From positions 1,736,001 through 1,800,000 of the forward strand of contig OX597838.1 of NCBI GenBank assembly GCA_951406725.2: a stretch of DNA of 64,000 nt, read 5' to 3'. The translations under genes were made by a program, and so were the position numbers. The stretch is from Octopus vulgaris (lineage: Eukaryota). Shown one piece after another: positions 29,035-44,795 of the stretch (its first letter is position 1; each line of letters opens with the position of its first letter). The notes under the pieces are model-generated. The model was not told where the DNA came from and did no database searches. It was given only the letters and a program-made list of their open reading frames with translations.

Positions 29035-29450
29035 ATTTCCTACTAAAGGCACAAGGCCTGGAATTTTGGGGGAAGGGACTAATCGATTACATCGAGCCCA
29101 CTGTTTCACTGGTGCTTAGTTTATCGACCCCGAAATGATGGAAAGCGGAATTTGAACACAGAACTAAAAACGGACGAAATGCGCGCGCACGATTCTGCCA
29201 GCTCGACGCCTTAATAGCAACCATATTGATAATAATCCTTTCTACTAAAGGCGCAGGGCCTGAAATTTTGGGAGAAGGTACTTGTCTATTTCATCGACCC
29301 CAGTGTGTAACTGGTACGTATTTCATTGATCCCGAAAAGATAAAAGTCAAAGTCGACCCTGGCGGAATGTGAACTTAGAATGTAAGGACAGACGAAACGA
29401 CGCTAAACATTTTGCCCGGCGTGCTAGCGATTCCACCAGCTCGCCGCTTT
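29035..29450 (-). mobile_element. Two tandem SINE family B copies
   Basis: 29035-29212 and 29235-29450 both begin tttc(c)tactaaaggc..ggcctg.aattttggg and end ccagctcg.cgc.ttaatagc. Confidence 0.85.
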
Positions 29451-29460
29451 AATAGCCACA

Positions 29461-29787
<327 letters not shown>

Positions 29788-30154
29788 GCAACAACAATAT
29801 TTTACATCAAGTCAACAACAGCAACAACATCAGCAAAAGTAGTGACAATGAGGAAAGAGAATATGGACGAAACCACAAGAAAAACAACAACAACAGCAGC
29901 AGCAGCAGCAGCAGCAGCTTGTATAACTACAATATGTCATGTATGAAATATTTCACATGACATAAGTGTGGGCAATTTTCTTGGCATCTGTCACTTCCAT
30001 CTGCTTGACTGCAGCCATTTTGGGAGGCTGTTTTTTCACTGCTTTCATTTGTGTTTCCTTCCCTCCTATTGTTCAATAGATCTTATCCAAAACTAATCAA
30101 TAATTATACATACACACATACATACATACATACACACATATAAATATATATATA

Positions 30155-30207
<53 letters not shown>

Positions 30208-30236
30208 GTATACATATAAATATATATATATGTGTA

Positions 30237-30282
<46 letters not shown>

Positions 30283-30287
30283 CATAC

Positions 30288-30320
<33 letters not shown>

Positions 30321-30628
30321 CACATGTATATATCATATATATATACGTGTGTTTAAGTGTGTATGTATATATTACTTTACTATGATTTCGTATTCTTAAG
30401 TTCAAAGAAAAAATATTAGGCAGGTTATTATTTCTTTTAAACTTAGCAGACCGAACAAAATGATATACAAATGTCTAACTAACCAAACCCCACCCACACA
30501 ATCGCGCGCACACGCATGGACACACACATAAAGGCGTACAACCATAGACACACCCACTCCCATTTATGCAAACATATATATAGATACACACATATATATA
30601 TATATACACAAACATAAATACACACACA

Positions 30629-30684
<56 letters not shown>

Positions 30685-31019
30685 AACACACATATATACA
30701 TCTATGTATTGATGAATTTATATATATGCATCTGCATACATACAAATGAACACACACACATATATATGTGTGTGTGTGTGCATATGTATTTATGTACATA
30801 GACATACAAAATAATATATGTAGATTGAGTGACAAACCGACCGATTTTCTCTGAAACCACTTCTGTCCACTCCATTTGTCTAACGCATACATACAGACAC
30901 ACACGCACACATATGTATATGTATACATACATACAGACGCACATATATGTGTGTGTGTGTGTGTGTGCGCGTGTGTATGTGCGATTGCATGCAATTTGTC
31001 TATTTCTGTATCACTATCT

Positions 31020-31086
<67 letters not shown>

Positions 31087-31544
31087 AGCATACATGGACA
31101 CGCATATTTTTGTAGATTGTTGTATATATGTGTCATAATCTATCCATGCGAGGAAATATCATGGTAGAAGATCTTTTCTCGTCATCAAAACATTGATGAC
31201 GAGACTCTGTGATGACAAACTCACGAAACACTGCAAAACCTCAAACAGTTACTTTTTTCTCTCTGCATTCTTTAATCGCGAGAGATCATTTCCTTTTTGT
31301 ACTTTCTTTTGTATGGAAAAACTGTTGTGATTTGTGGTCCTGGGCCCCTAATGTGTATGTCACCCAACTTGCTAATGCAAAGAAGCAGAACCCGTTGTAA
31401 TAGCGGAAGGTGAAACACAAAGAGGAGACACAACAACTCAGTTTGTGACTTGTTGCTTTATGTTTGTAAGGCGTGGTTCCCCACTCCGTGGAGCATCCGT
31501 GTCTATACCAGCGACGCTTCGTCTTGGAAAACAATAGTTAAATT

Positions 31545-31780
31545 ATACTTTCTTCATTTCCTTGTTTCAGTCATTAGATTGTGGCCACGCTGGGGCACCG
31601 CATTGAAGAATTTTAGCCAAACCAATCTATCTCAGTAATCCCTTAGTTTTAAAGCTTGGTACTTATCATATCGGTACCTTTTGACGAACCGCTAATTACG
31701 GGGAATTAAACATACCTACAACGGTTGCCAAGCTGTGGTGGAGAAAAAACAGATACGAACACAGACGGTTTTCTTTCAGA
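31545..31780 (-). mobile_element. SINE family A variant, 3' portion
   Basis: cttgtttcagtcattagattgtggccacgctggggcaccgc...gaaccgctaa...ttctttcag. Confidence 0.75.
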
Positions 31781-32711
31781 TCAATGTAACGAAGAGTAAA
31801 TGCCAAGTAGAGAAACAAACAATAATCAAAAGGAATTTATGATTAATTTCATAATCTATTTAAGCAGGCATAGGATACACACCATGATACATTCCAGTGT
31901 TATGTAGCCCTCATCAGTAACATAAAGACCGATATAATTGTCGAAGTAGTGATGAATGCTTCCTAAAATGTACGTATTATCATTATGATATACATACTTA
32001 CATACATGTGTGTGTGTGTGTCTGAGTGAGTTAGAAAGAGAGTGTGTATATATGTATATAAGTATGGCCGTGTGTATATATTGATTGGCGTAATAGCTAG
32101 TATTGTCTAGAAATTCGGACTCCTTTATAATTAATAACAATGGAAGTTGATATGAGAGAGCTTCCTATGACAGATCTAAGTCGCGTTTAGCTCCAGGGTC
32201 TCACGCAGCTCTCTTCATTCATAACAAGGTGTGTTCAATGAAATCTAGTAATTTTCGCGGGGTGAAGAAAACTGGTATCATACACCTGAGCTAAAGGGTT
32301 TTCTAAGTACTTCATCACTTTTCCTGTTGTCGATAACCATTCAGGGTTTCTAGAATAGCAGAAGACATATCTTATTAACAACGTCTCTAGATATCCCAGT
32401 CTTTCCCCCGCCCCCTTTTTTGTCTTTTTGTTTGGTTCATTAGGCATCTATTCACTTACCATCCTCCATTCAATTCTCCCAAGGTTTTCCGTAAAAGCAA
32501 TTTTGCGTTTCTTCTACCAATTACTCCAAATGTAATAAATGATTATATGACACATACGTTCGTGCATACATACATACATACATACGCATAATATATATAT
32601 GTATGTATATAGATATATACATATATATATATGTACATAATAGGAAATATACATGTGAATATGTAAATTTATATATACCTAAATATATATACATACACAT
32701 ACATACATACA

Positions 32712-32742
<31 letters not shown>

Positions 32743-33161
32743 GTATATAATAGGCAATATGCAAAACATACAATAGGTGTGTAAATTCATGTTTGTATAG
32801 ATATTTCTATTATATATAGAAAAATGTAACACATTCCATACCCCACTACCACCGCCACCACCACCACCACCACCACCACCACTATCATCATCTTCACTAT
32901 CATCATACTACAAGCCATCTGACCAATCTGAAACAATTCACATGCTCCAGTCTGGCTGAAGCAGTGTTACCCAAAATATCTTGAGTGTTATATGCTGTGC
33001 CATTCTCAAACTATTTGAGACAGAATTTCATCAGGAGAGTTTGTGGGACAGAATTCTAGTAACCTGGTTATTGGCATAACTGTTCCTTCTCCGTCTTCTC
33101 TGTCTAACTTGCGAAGACAAAATGGCCATCACTACTATTGGGATTAGTCGTTCTGTTTGCG

Positions 33162-33201
<40 letters not shown>

Positions 33202-33205
33202 CCTA

Positions 33206-33251
<46 letters not shown>

Positions 33252-33739
33252 TTTCTAAATATCTCAGAGAGATATAAGCAGTAGTTGTATCCTGTCAACT
33301 TAACGTGGCAGTCCCATAAAGGGAATCACACCACCGCTATTTAGCCCTAGGAAGCATCAGCGCTTCCTGTCGGCCTTACTTGGATCAATTTTCCGAGTCG
33401 AAATCGGGTGATTTCTACCAACGAGGTATTGAAAATCTTGTTGAACATCGGGATGAAGTTGTAAACAACAAGGGTGAATACATAATTGATTAATTAGTTG
33501 TTATTTTTTATTAAACCTTTAAAAAAAATTTAAATTTAAAAAAACAGCGGGAACTTAGTTGCCAACCCTATATATATATATATATATATAAAGATATATA
33601 TATACATATACATATGTATATAATACAATTTACTGAACCTTCAGATTTTAATATGCTAGGCCACTGGTTTTAAATTAATGTTAATCAAATTAATATCCAA
33701 TTTTTCAGCCTCGTTGTAATTATATATATATATACATAC

Positions 33740-33771
<32 letters not shown>

Positions 33772-33799
33772 GTATATGTTTATATATATATGCATACAT

Positions 33800-33873
<74 letters not shown>

Positions 33874-34407
33874 GCACATACATACACATACACACACATG
33901 CACACACACACACACACATATATATATATACATACATAATGTTAGGATGACAGCTCGACATTAACAACTGCAGCGACGAATGCAGTGTATGTTTATAAGT
34001 AAATATATACATTCGTTACCATAATTAATTTTGTAGTGATATTCTAGTATTTATTGCTGGGATATCAATTTGTGTATTTATGTAAATTTTCTTATGCCTC
34101 GTCCAATATCATTGACGCTGGTACACCAGCTGTACGTTGCTATGGACTGAGAGTTTGGAAACGTGAGATGTAGGATCTCCGATGAAATACGAAACTAGTA
34201 AGTCTGAGCATTATTCCCATCCGTCGAAATGTCGACCATTGAACCGGCGAACCCACTTACGCGGCTAGACAAAATAATCACTGAGAGAGAGAGGGAGAGA
34301 GAAAGAGGGGGAGAGAAAGAGAAAGATGGAGACAGATAGGAGCGATAAACGTATATATATACATATATATATATATATACATATATATATAAATACACAC
34401 ACATATT

Positions 34408-34790
34408 CTTTATTCTTTAATTCTTTTACGTGTTTCAGTCATTTGACAGCGGCCATGCTGGAGCACAGCCTTTAGTCGCTCAATTTGACGGCAAGACATA
34501 TGCTTTGTAAGCATAGTACTTATTTAATCGGTCTGCTAAGTGACGGGGATGTAAACACCCAGCATCGGGGGGGAGGGGGGAGGGGGCAAACATAGACATA
34601 TAAACATACACACACACATATATACGACAGGCTTCTTTCAGTTTCCGTCTACCAAATCCACTCGCAAGTGTTTGGTCGGCCCGTGGCTATAGTAGAAGAA
34701 ACTTGCCCAAGGTGCCACGGAGTGCGAATGAACCCGGAACCATGTGGTTGGTAAGCGAGGTACTTACCACCCAGCCACTGCTGCACCTAT
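34408..34790 (-). mobile_element. SINE family A, full length
   Basis: Tail gtttcagtcatttgacagcggccatgctggagcac through to head acttgcccaaggtgccacg...gaacccggaaccatgtggttgg. Confidence 0.88.
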
Positions 34791-34812
34791 GAGAGATTTT
34801 ATGAGCTATATA

Positions 34813-34875
<63 letters not shown>

Positions 34876-35439
34876 GAGATGAATTTAGGTTAGTTGAAAT
34901 AATATGCTTGTCACATATTTCAAAAGCTAAAAGGCAAACGCACTGCAGTTATAGTGGAGGAAAATCACTCTTGTTGTAAAAATGTATGAAAACACCCACC
35001 TCTTTGAGTGTCGCCATCTGTCAGGAATCTCAGACATTGATATTTCTAGTTTTTTTTTACCCTTGTGGAATATTCTGTTCTGAACAGAAAGGAGTAAGTG
35101 GAGCAAAAACACGCACGGAAACGAAAAGTGTCGCTGAAGAGGTCACAGACGTGTGACAAAAGATTTCCGAACAATAGACATGGGTTAAAATAATAAAATA
35201 AGAACAGTAATAAACGAGTGAAGAAAAAATATATAGTGCGCGTGTTTAATTGGCAAAAAGATCATGACCAGCAATATATATATACATACATCCATTACAA
35301 AAAATTCTTACCCCGATACAGTGACAATATTCCAAGCCAAGAAATAATTGAACGGACCAAAATTAAAAAAAAAATAGAAAAAAGTCAAGAACGGAAAGCA
35401 GTTGAAGAATGTTGGAAATATCAACTGCAAAACAATAGG

Positions 35440-36162
35440 AATCCTATTTAGTGCATCGCATGTCCACAATAAAGTGAAAATGGTATTTGCTAAATAGATT
35501 CAAAATTAATATATGGGATTCGGGTGCATAAGCAACAAATCAAAGTTTCATCTCTGAAAGACATTGCGTCTGATAATAAAAAAACAAACAAACCACACAG
35601 GGATGAGTTTGAGAGCAGGTTTAGGGATAAGGACACTTGGCCCCCTTCATCACCTGATTTAAACCCTGGAATGAAGGAAGTCAGAAAGGCTTGTGAGAGG
35701 CCCCACAGTAACCAGCAAGCCGTCAAATATCCCATCAGTAGGATGTAGGTGGAAAAAATTGACGTGGAATTCATTAAGAAAGCTTGTCAAGAAGTGAGCT
35801 GAAGAAGCCATTGCCCGAAGCGGAGCAGCACTTCATGCCTAACTGACAGGATTTCGGCCAGGATTCTGTCTGACACTTTGAAATAATACTTTAAGCTTCC
35901 AAACGAACTTTATTTCAATCCTTTATGAGCTCTCAATCCTGAGCTATGGTTAATTATTTATGAAAATGTCAATTCCGTCCGTGATCAACTTCACCACGAT
36001 TTTTCTGGTGACCTTTGAGAGTAATCGACATTTGTTTCTTCCTCAAACTAATGTCCAATAATGTTGGGAAAAGCTCTGAAAATTCCATTAAGTTAACTTT
36101 AAGCATTCCTGAGATACAAAGGTTCGAAGCTGAATCTAAAATTTGGACGATTCTGCCGGTAC
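35440..36162 (+). mobile_element. Decayed Tc1-like transposon
   Basis: WPPSSPDLNP at 35638-35667, followed by KACERPHSN and IKKAC, typical of the Tc1 C-terminal region. Boundaries approximate. Confidence 0.65.
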
Positions 36163-36176
36163 ATGCATGAATGTGT

Positions 36177-36263
<87 letters not shown>

Positions 36264-36331
36264 GACGAGTGCTACACACACACACGCACACACATACACA
36301 CTCGCAGAGGCACCACAGACTTCACGTGCGT

Positions 36332-36903
36332 GCGTGTTATACGAATATTACATCAGGACCAGCAAGTTCATCAAGCAAGATATTCCTGCCGTAGAATAGA
36401 TGTTGTGTCACGTCTCTAAGCGTATCTAAGTATCTTACGAGTGATGCAACCTTCAGTCGTTCGTGTAGGAGAGATCTCTGATATTTCTCGCAGTTCGACG
36501 ACCGCGCAGTGTTGCATTGTTCTGGCAATGATGTAATATATTTTATAACGAGAATAGGAGAGAAAATGTGATGGACGATTATCGCATAAAATATTTATAA
36601 CACGAACACGATGGATATTTTACATTGGTAGGAATAAAATATATTCCATAAAGGTTCTTAGAGTGAGTAATAACAACTGAATATTGAATAACAACTTTCA
36701 TATAACAGACATTTTTTTATACAACATACACACATTGGATAAATTATAAATAACGTCCGTACATGATATAACTCTCGTATAACACGCACGAACACACATG
36801 TATGACACTTTCGAGTGATATCACTATGGTATAACACCCACACACATTTGATGCGTTATATATAACAGCCATAGGATATAACATAAGTATTACATACACA
36901 CGT

Positions 36904-36949
<46 letters not shown>

Positions 36950-37024
36950 GTTATATAACACCAACACATACGGGATATATCTGATACGTCATCAACAAAG
37001 GATATAACATTCGTATAAAAACGC
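36332..37024. mobile_element. Putative non-autonomous DNA transposon with ~24 bp TIRs and internal sub-repeats
   Basis: gcgtgttatacgaatattacatc (36332-36354) versus the reverse complement of 37001-37024; repeated tataacac...ggatat motifs inside. Confidence 0.55.
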
Positions 37025-37144
37025 GGCATGTTTTCTATTCATTAATTTATTTTCACTTTCGAGGTCAATGTCATTGTGGAATACCGCTTTAAGAAATGTA
37101 ATATTTATTATCTCTATACATATTACACACACGCTCATTTGTGC

Positions 37145-37213
<69 letters not shown>

Positions 37214-37437
37214 TAGATATACACCCACACACACATATATATATATACCCATATAGATACATCTATCTATCTATTTATCTATATATATATTTATATATAT
37301 ATGAATATATATATATACATATATACATATATATATATAGATATAGATATATATATATACATACGTATATATATACATATATATATATATATACATACAT
37401 ACATATACATACCTATACACAGTTTTATGTATGCTTC

Positions 37438-37575
37438 CATTCTGAGTTCAAATTCCACTGAGGTCGATTTTGCCTGTCGGGGTCGATGAAAGAAGTACTA
37501 GTTGTGCAATCGAGTCGCTTTAACTGACTGGATCCAGCTCTAAAATTTCAGACACAGTACCTATAGTAGAATAGA
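37438..37575 (+). mobile_element. SINE family B fragment
   Basis: ttctgagttcaaattccactgaggtcgattttgcct...ggggtcgat. Confidence 0.7.
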
Positions 37576-37994
37576 TTATTATTATTGTGTGTGTATATTC
37601 ATGAATATGTGTGTGCACATATATATATATATGTATGTGTGTGATTATATAATTACGTTAAAATTTGTAATAAATGTAACAAGTTTGTTTGATGAAGGTA
37701 TTGTTTTGTTAAACCTAATACGAAAGAAAATAAAGTATAATGATGATTACAACAACAACAAGATGACTGCAAGTGATAATGATAATGAAGATAATGATGA
37801 TTGAATTATTTGATAATAATTACTTCCTTAATAGCTTCATATATTACTGAAGAAATCACTACCACCACCACCACCACCACCACCACCACTAATGTGTTTA
37901 TTGTTAATCTTATTTGCATAATTATGAAAGAGTTATTTTCGTATCTGTTAACACTAATATTAATACTACATGTAGTAGTAGTAGTAGTAGTTAC

Positions 37995-38025
<31 letters not shown>

Positions 38026-38028
38026 ATG

Positions 38029-38084
<56 letters not shown>

Positions 38085-38428
38085 GTGGTAGTAATAGTAA
38101 TAATAATATTAATATTATATTGAATAAAATGGTAAAGTTTGTAGAAGGAAATGTCGCGTTAGTGGAATGAATACATAGAAATAGTGGAATACAAAAAAAC
38201 GCTGGAAAAAGAGAAATGTTTTGAAGAAAAACATTGAATGTTTAACGAAAATTAATAAACATTAAAATATTGAATTCAATATAAAGTATAAAACGACTTT
38301 TTTAATTAAAATTTGGAGTTTTTTTTCTGAATTATTTTGCTCTTTGTTGCCGCCATTTTTACACTTCAGAAAGTTAGCAACAACAATGTTAACAAAAAGT
38401 GTAATACTAAAGAAAACAAACCGTGTGA

Positions 38429-38505
<77 letters not shown>

Positions 38506-38637
38506 TGTGAATGTGTATGCACACATATATCTAAAAACATATATATAAATATGTGTATACAAGTATATATGTATATGTATCTATATATATGCATATGTGT
38601 ATATATATATATGTATGTATGTGCATATATATATAAA

Positions 38638-38697
<60 letters not shown>

Positions 38698-38703
38698 AAT
38701 AAA

Positions 38704-38743
<40 letters not shown>

Positions 38744-38920
38744 TATGTATATGTATATATATAAATATATAAATGCATGTGTACATATATATAAATATAT
38801 GTGTATGTATACATACATGTATATATATTTATATATAAATACATATATATGTATATATGTATATGTGTATATATATATATATCTATATGTATATATGTAC
38901 GTATATTTGTATATATATGC

Positions 38921-38967
<47 letters not shown>

Positions 38968-40112
38968 TACACATCCTGTAGACGCACACACATCAGTGCT
39001 TGTTTTCTACATCTGAGAACATTTTCTTTCAAGTGCCGATTATTGCCTTTCTGCCATTCCGTTCTCAGCAGACGACAATCTTAATAAACATTTCGCCATG
39101 TTATCTGCCGTTCAGTTAATATTTTTCTTTCTTAATTATTTCGTCGTCGGGGATTGACTCGGTCATTTACATATCTCTGTTCATTTATTAAATACTATTC
39201 ATGTATTAGCGCTCAGTCGATCTCGTCTGTCAACGACTCTGTTATAGCTTCTGTTGCTCATTGCTGTTGCTCTTTCTGTCGTTTCGCCTAAAGTTCAGCC
39301 ACGGATCGAGCGGACACATCAATGATGCTTCAACTGTGATCATCCGGCTTTTTTTATATCGCAAATTAAATCTTTTAAAGTGGTCTGCTTCAAGAAGGTC
39401 GGGTGTGATTTATCCACTATCACGAAGAGTCTTGTAACCAAAGTAACGCACCCTCTTACTTATTGCTATTTGCGACATTAAATAGTGGTGAGAGGTGATA
39501 GTGTTGGTGTTTCTAGCACAAACGAGTTCCCCATCTTACTAAAAAAAAAATCAATGCAGGCCACCGGGTGTCCCTCCCTCTGATATGTTTATTTATGTTT
39601 TATTATTATTGTTGTTGTTGTTGTTGTATTGTGCTATACAATACTCACAAAATCTTTAGAAGTTACACTGAAAACTACATTAGCTCAGTCAATGCAGAAA
39701 ATGTTTTGCCACTCCACTTTCTAAATACATATGGAGCCTAAAGGTTAATGGGATGGAGAATTATGACGATAAGTGGTCTATCATAAAGCATATGCATCCT
39801 TTATATTAATGAAGTTGCACCGATACCTGTGATTTTCTGAAAAATCTGTTATTCAATGCAATTGCAGGTAATTTTGAACAAAATATCGATTAAGTCGATT
39901 ATTGCTAGAATTCCATAAAGCATTCAAAATAATAAGCACAACATATGCAACACAGACCACATTCCCGCGCGGGTGTTTATATATACTTATAATGATGTAT
40001 AATCATGCCAAGGCGTAACCACGCCCCAACCCTGCTTCTTTAGGCAACTTTTTATATAAAACTCCAAAAGTTTATAATATAATAATTTTTGTAACATGTT
40101 TTTAAGGCTTCA

Positions 40113-40188
<76 letters not shown>

Positions 40189-40732
40189 GAGTGAGAGAGC
40201 AGTGCATGCCATCAAAGTGACACTATACGAAGCGCAGTATACCCATCATGACTACCCGTCTGATAAGGGTACATTAGGCACATGCATCACAACCATATGT
40301 ACGCATATCAAGATAAACATATCAAGATAAACAGCGCATGACCTTGCAGGTGGGGCTCAGTTAGAATTTTCTTCTGGTCGAGTAACCCATCCTGCTCAAA
40401 AGGTCTTTGAATAAGGATTGTTTAAGGATGTTGAAAAAACCACCCACGTTTCCAGAGGTGAATTATTCAAACCCCAAAGAATCGCTCTCAACACACGGCT
40501 ATGATGCTCCCCCACTACTTCTGCTCGTGATCAGAGATGCACATATCGTCAGCCACTAAGGGACATGCTCAACTGGTTAAGGTCAAACAACTGACAAGCA
40601 AATCTGTGGTATTGAGCAGAATATTTGTTGTAGGCCATCTTTTATACCAAGACAAAACAATGTACATGATAACACTTCCAATCAGTTAAGATCAGAAGCC
40701 ACAAGAGCCACTGCCTGGTACTGCATCAGGGC

Positions 40733-40734
<2 letters not shown>
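40189..40734. mobile_element. Unclassified ~545 bp insertion within a (TTA)n tract
   Basis: Complex sequence with sharp edges and (TTA)n on both sides; no TIRs and no ORF. Confidence 0.55.
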
Positions 40735-40799
<65 letters not shown>

Positions 40800-42699
40800 G
40801 CCATCCTCTTTAATATCGGAATCATTATATAATTGTTTCTAATTTAAGCACCGAGCACATTTTTAAGGGATCGTAGTTTCCTGGACGTCCGTATTTGGGT
40901 AGTACATGTTCTTTTTGTTTTGTTTTGGGAAGAATGAAAATTAATTCCAGCGGGGTTTGAACAATGGTCGGAACAAAGCGTTTGTTCCACAACTCTAACG
41001 GTTCTGCTATCTCACGTCCACCTTTGAAACCATCATATGATAGTAGAATTTGTTATTGTTGTTGTTGTTGTTGTTATTTTTATTATTATTATGATTATAA
41101 CACTAATTAAAATTATTATTCAATAAAAGTGAAACGTTGATTATGTTGAACGACGTTAGAAGTGATTAACACACTCAGCACTTTGTAACCTCTGCGACAG
41201 AAATGTCTTTAGACTGTCGGTATATTAGCATTTGTCTGACAATGAATAATTAAACACACCATCCGAGCTGCTGGTCGCCGCCTTTGCTATTATGCATTGC
41301 TTTCAACTGATTGGACCATAAATAACAATAACCGGCCAATCGCCAGCAAGCAGCAAGAACAACAACAACAACGAGTCATGCCAAATATAGCCTTACAGAA
41401 CCAATGAATAAACAGTGATTCTAATTGAAAGCATTCAAAGAAATTAAATGGAATAAAAAATTATGTAATTTTTTTTGTTTCAAGAGGAAGAATTAAATAT
41501 CGAAAAAGCAACCAAATTATGCAGAAATAAACAAAACCCCAATTTTGGGATTTTCAATATAAAAACGAATGGTTATTGTCTTTTAAGAATCGTATATTAC
41601 CATATTAGAACTATGTTATAAAATAGGATTTCAGTTTCTTTGTGGTTTGTATCTGATAAATAAAAAATTCAAATTACTGTTTTACCTTAAACCCCTTCCT
41701 TTCTGACCAATCTTTAACTCCTACACCTTCTCCCCTTTCCGGCATTTAGGGTCACCTACAACAGACTTACTGCTTAATGTTAATTATTTTATTATTACTA
41801 ACTACATGATTTTTTTTCTCTATTTAAAAGTTAAGCGAAGTTGTAGAAATGTATCTTTTAGCCAACATCACAGAAACGAATGTTTTCAATGAATTTTTCA
41901 ATTCTGTTCTCGTTTTTTTTTTGTCTCTTTTACTTTCATCGATTTAGGCGAGACACTGAATAATTGAGTATTTACTGTAAATTCTCCACCAACCAATTCT
42001 TTAAATGGAGAAGAAGCCATACTCGAGAGATTCTAGCTAATATACTATTTATAGCAAAATTCTTTACTATTGAGATTTGCAACTGCAGAAGCGAAGCTCC
42101 AGAGATATTGGTTAACACGGCATCACCATTCAGTAAGATATTTCCGCTATGCAAATGTCCGAAGCTGGAAGCAAACTTTTTAATAAGTTGAAGTTAAATA
42201 CATCAGTGAAAACTGAATCATATCAACGCATAACTTTGAAAAATCTCTCTACAGACGGGGTGGGGTGTTGTGGCGGAGACAGATCGATATTACTTTAGAA
42301 ACATCAATGTAAAAATGGCAACTGAAAGGTTTTTCTTCGCATCCAAAAATATTTTTGTATTCCTTTTATGGTTCCTAACCCATTGGCCCAAACTCACAAC
42401 ATATAAAGAAGGAGATAATCAATAAAATCAACTTCGATCCATGACTTTTACTGATTTTATCGATCGAATGATGAAAGTTAAAGTTAACATACCTCAGTGG
42501 GAATTGAACTCAGAACGAAAAGAGACGCAACTAAATTCAAATAATTTTTCTTTTTGCATTTTTCTGATAATGCCTGGACCGTACGGAGAATGGTCTCCAC
42601 CTTAAAATATGTTGTACTTCTTTTTGTTTTGTTGTTGTATGTACAGTCGCGATAAAGCAGAAGAAATTAGAGAAACTTCATTCACCAACAAGGTCGTAA

Positions 42700-42871
42700 T
42701 CTTTTACTTGTTGCAGTCATTACGCCACTGCGGCCATGCTGGGGCACCGCTAAGTTATGGGGGTGCAAGCACACCAGCATCAGTTGTCAAGTGTTGGTGA
42801 GGGGACAAACACAGAGAGAAAGACACTCACACACAGATATACATACATACATACATACATACATACATGCA

Positions 42872-42907
<36 letters not shown>

Positions 42908-43075
42908 TTTATATATATGGCGGGATTCTTTCAGTTTCCGTCTACCAACTCCAATCACTAGGCTTTGGTCGGCCCGAGGTTATAGAAGAAGACACTCAAG
43001 TTGCCATGCAATGGGACTGAACTCAGAACCATATAGTTGGGAAGTAATCTTACCACACAGCTACGCTTGCACCTA
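42700..43075 (-). mobile_element. SINE family A variant
   Basis: Tail cagtcatt...gcggccatgctggggcaccgc, internal (CATA)n, head ttctttcagtttccgtctacc...ccacacagc. Confidence 0.82.
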
Positions 43076-44154
43076 TAAGAAGGTTTTTTTTTCACCTCTC
43101 TTATCATTCTTCCCACTTTAGGACCCTCTCGATTTTTGTCTTGATATGACTAATATATTGTTCCGTCTCATTCTGTAGCCCTGTCAGTGTTTTAACAAGT
43201 CCCCGAGGTCATAGGGGATCATTGACCGCAGGTAGAATTTGAACTCGTTACGTAAAGACCTACAGCACATACAGATAATATTATCATCTGTCAATCAATC
43301 TGAACTCGTGTTTTAATTATCTCTCTTAACATTCTCCAAAAGGAAGAACTGTTAACGATGGGATTTGAACCGAGAATGCAGAAACCCGGAAAAAGGTAGC
43401 AGCGGAAATCCTCTCTGATTCTTCAACGATTCTGCTAATTGTCCATCTCGGGTTTAATGGCAAATAAAAAATTTACTTTCCCACTCCACTCTGTCCAGTG
43501 GAATTGAGGAAATGGTAGAGCACCAGACTAGCCGACTTAGAGTATCGAGGTTCTTACGTGAAGAGTCTGAGTTGAAATTACCTCGAAGTGAGATCTTTTC
43601 CTTTACTTTCATTTTTTTTTTGGATTGTCGATAAAATAAGATACCAGTGATGTACTGAGGTGAGAAATGTATTTTAGATTATGGTACAGTCAGAGAGGCT
43701 GGTCACTCGAATGGTAAAGATAACAGCCAAATGCACTCAAATTACATCCTACCAACTTAAAAACGTTGGATACATTGAAAAATGTAGTCGTCGATGTGAA
43801 CGTGATGGTCACGGTTAGAACGACATTTATGCTAAGTCTGCTCAGTCAACAACGAAACCAATGCAACATGAGCCACATCGACAACAACAACAACAACAAC
43901 CATGACGGCGACGATAATCATTTAGTTCCATCCATCCATGTTCTGAAATTCCGATAGTCTCAAGGCCGACATTTGCCTTTCATCCGATCTACAGATCGAT
44001 TCCATGAAAGCAATGTTCCCTGTTTGGTGTCACGTGATTCCCCCACCTCCCGCCCCCAAATCCAACATTTATCGCTTCCGATATTTATTCACATTTGTTT
44101 CGAGAATATTCCCGTCATTTCTAAACAGCTGCTTCTTTCTTTGATGATTTTCAG

Positions 44155-44251
44155 ACGCACTGCAGATGTAAGGTCTTTAGGATATTCCGAACTGTTCGTC
44201 TTGTCACGTGAGGATGTTCTGGCAGCACTAAAGGACCAACCCGATGCCGAG
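44155..44251 (+). CDS. Cngl: CNG-like channel, internal exon B (RTADVRSLGYSELFVLSREDVLAALKDQPDAE)
   Basis: Acceptor tgattttcag and donor GAG|gtaggt. 97 nt, phase 2-0. Completes the Arg codon split from exon A, giving INRRTADVRS (RTA motif), beta8 and the B-helix. Confidence 0.93.
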
Positions 44252-44496
44252 GTAGGTACAACTAACAGAGCACACTTCAACGAAACACGCGCACACACAC
44301 ACACACACATACGTGCATATATTTCTCGTATATGTGTGTGTGTTTATGTGAGTTTGCGTGTATGTATGTACATGTATTTATATATATGTGCATTTGTATG
44401 AGTAAAGAATGTTAATATGCATATATATATATATAACATATAAGTATATATAAATGTGTGTGTATATATATATATATAAAATATAAGTATATATAA

Positions 44497-44568
<72 letters not shown>

Positions 44569-44715
44569 CTGAAACTATAATAATATATCATATATACATA
44601 CATATATATTTATATTCTACACAAACATAAATTTGTATGAATGTATATAGGTATATATGATATATATATAGCATATATATATATATATATATATACAAAC
44701 ATATAATTTGTATGA

Positions 44716-44795
<80 letters not shown>

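Noticed and set aside
31860-31930. Minus-strand CTGATGAG as a hammerhead
   Set aside because: No properly placed GAAA or closing stems. The same applies to CTGATGA at ~13189, ~15854 and ~56341.
43973-44401. 142 aa ORF as a standalone gene
   Set aside because: Only 44155-44251 is bounded by splice sites and CNBD-like; the rest is intron.
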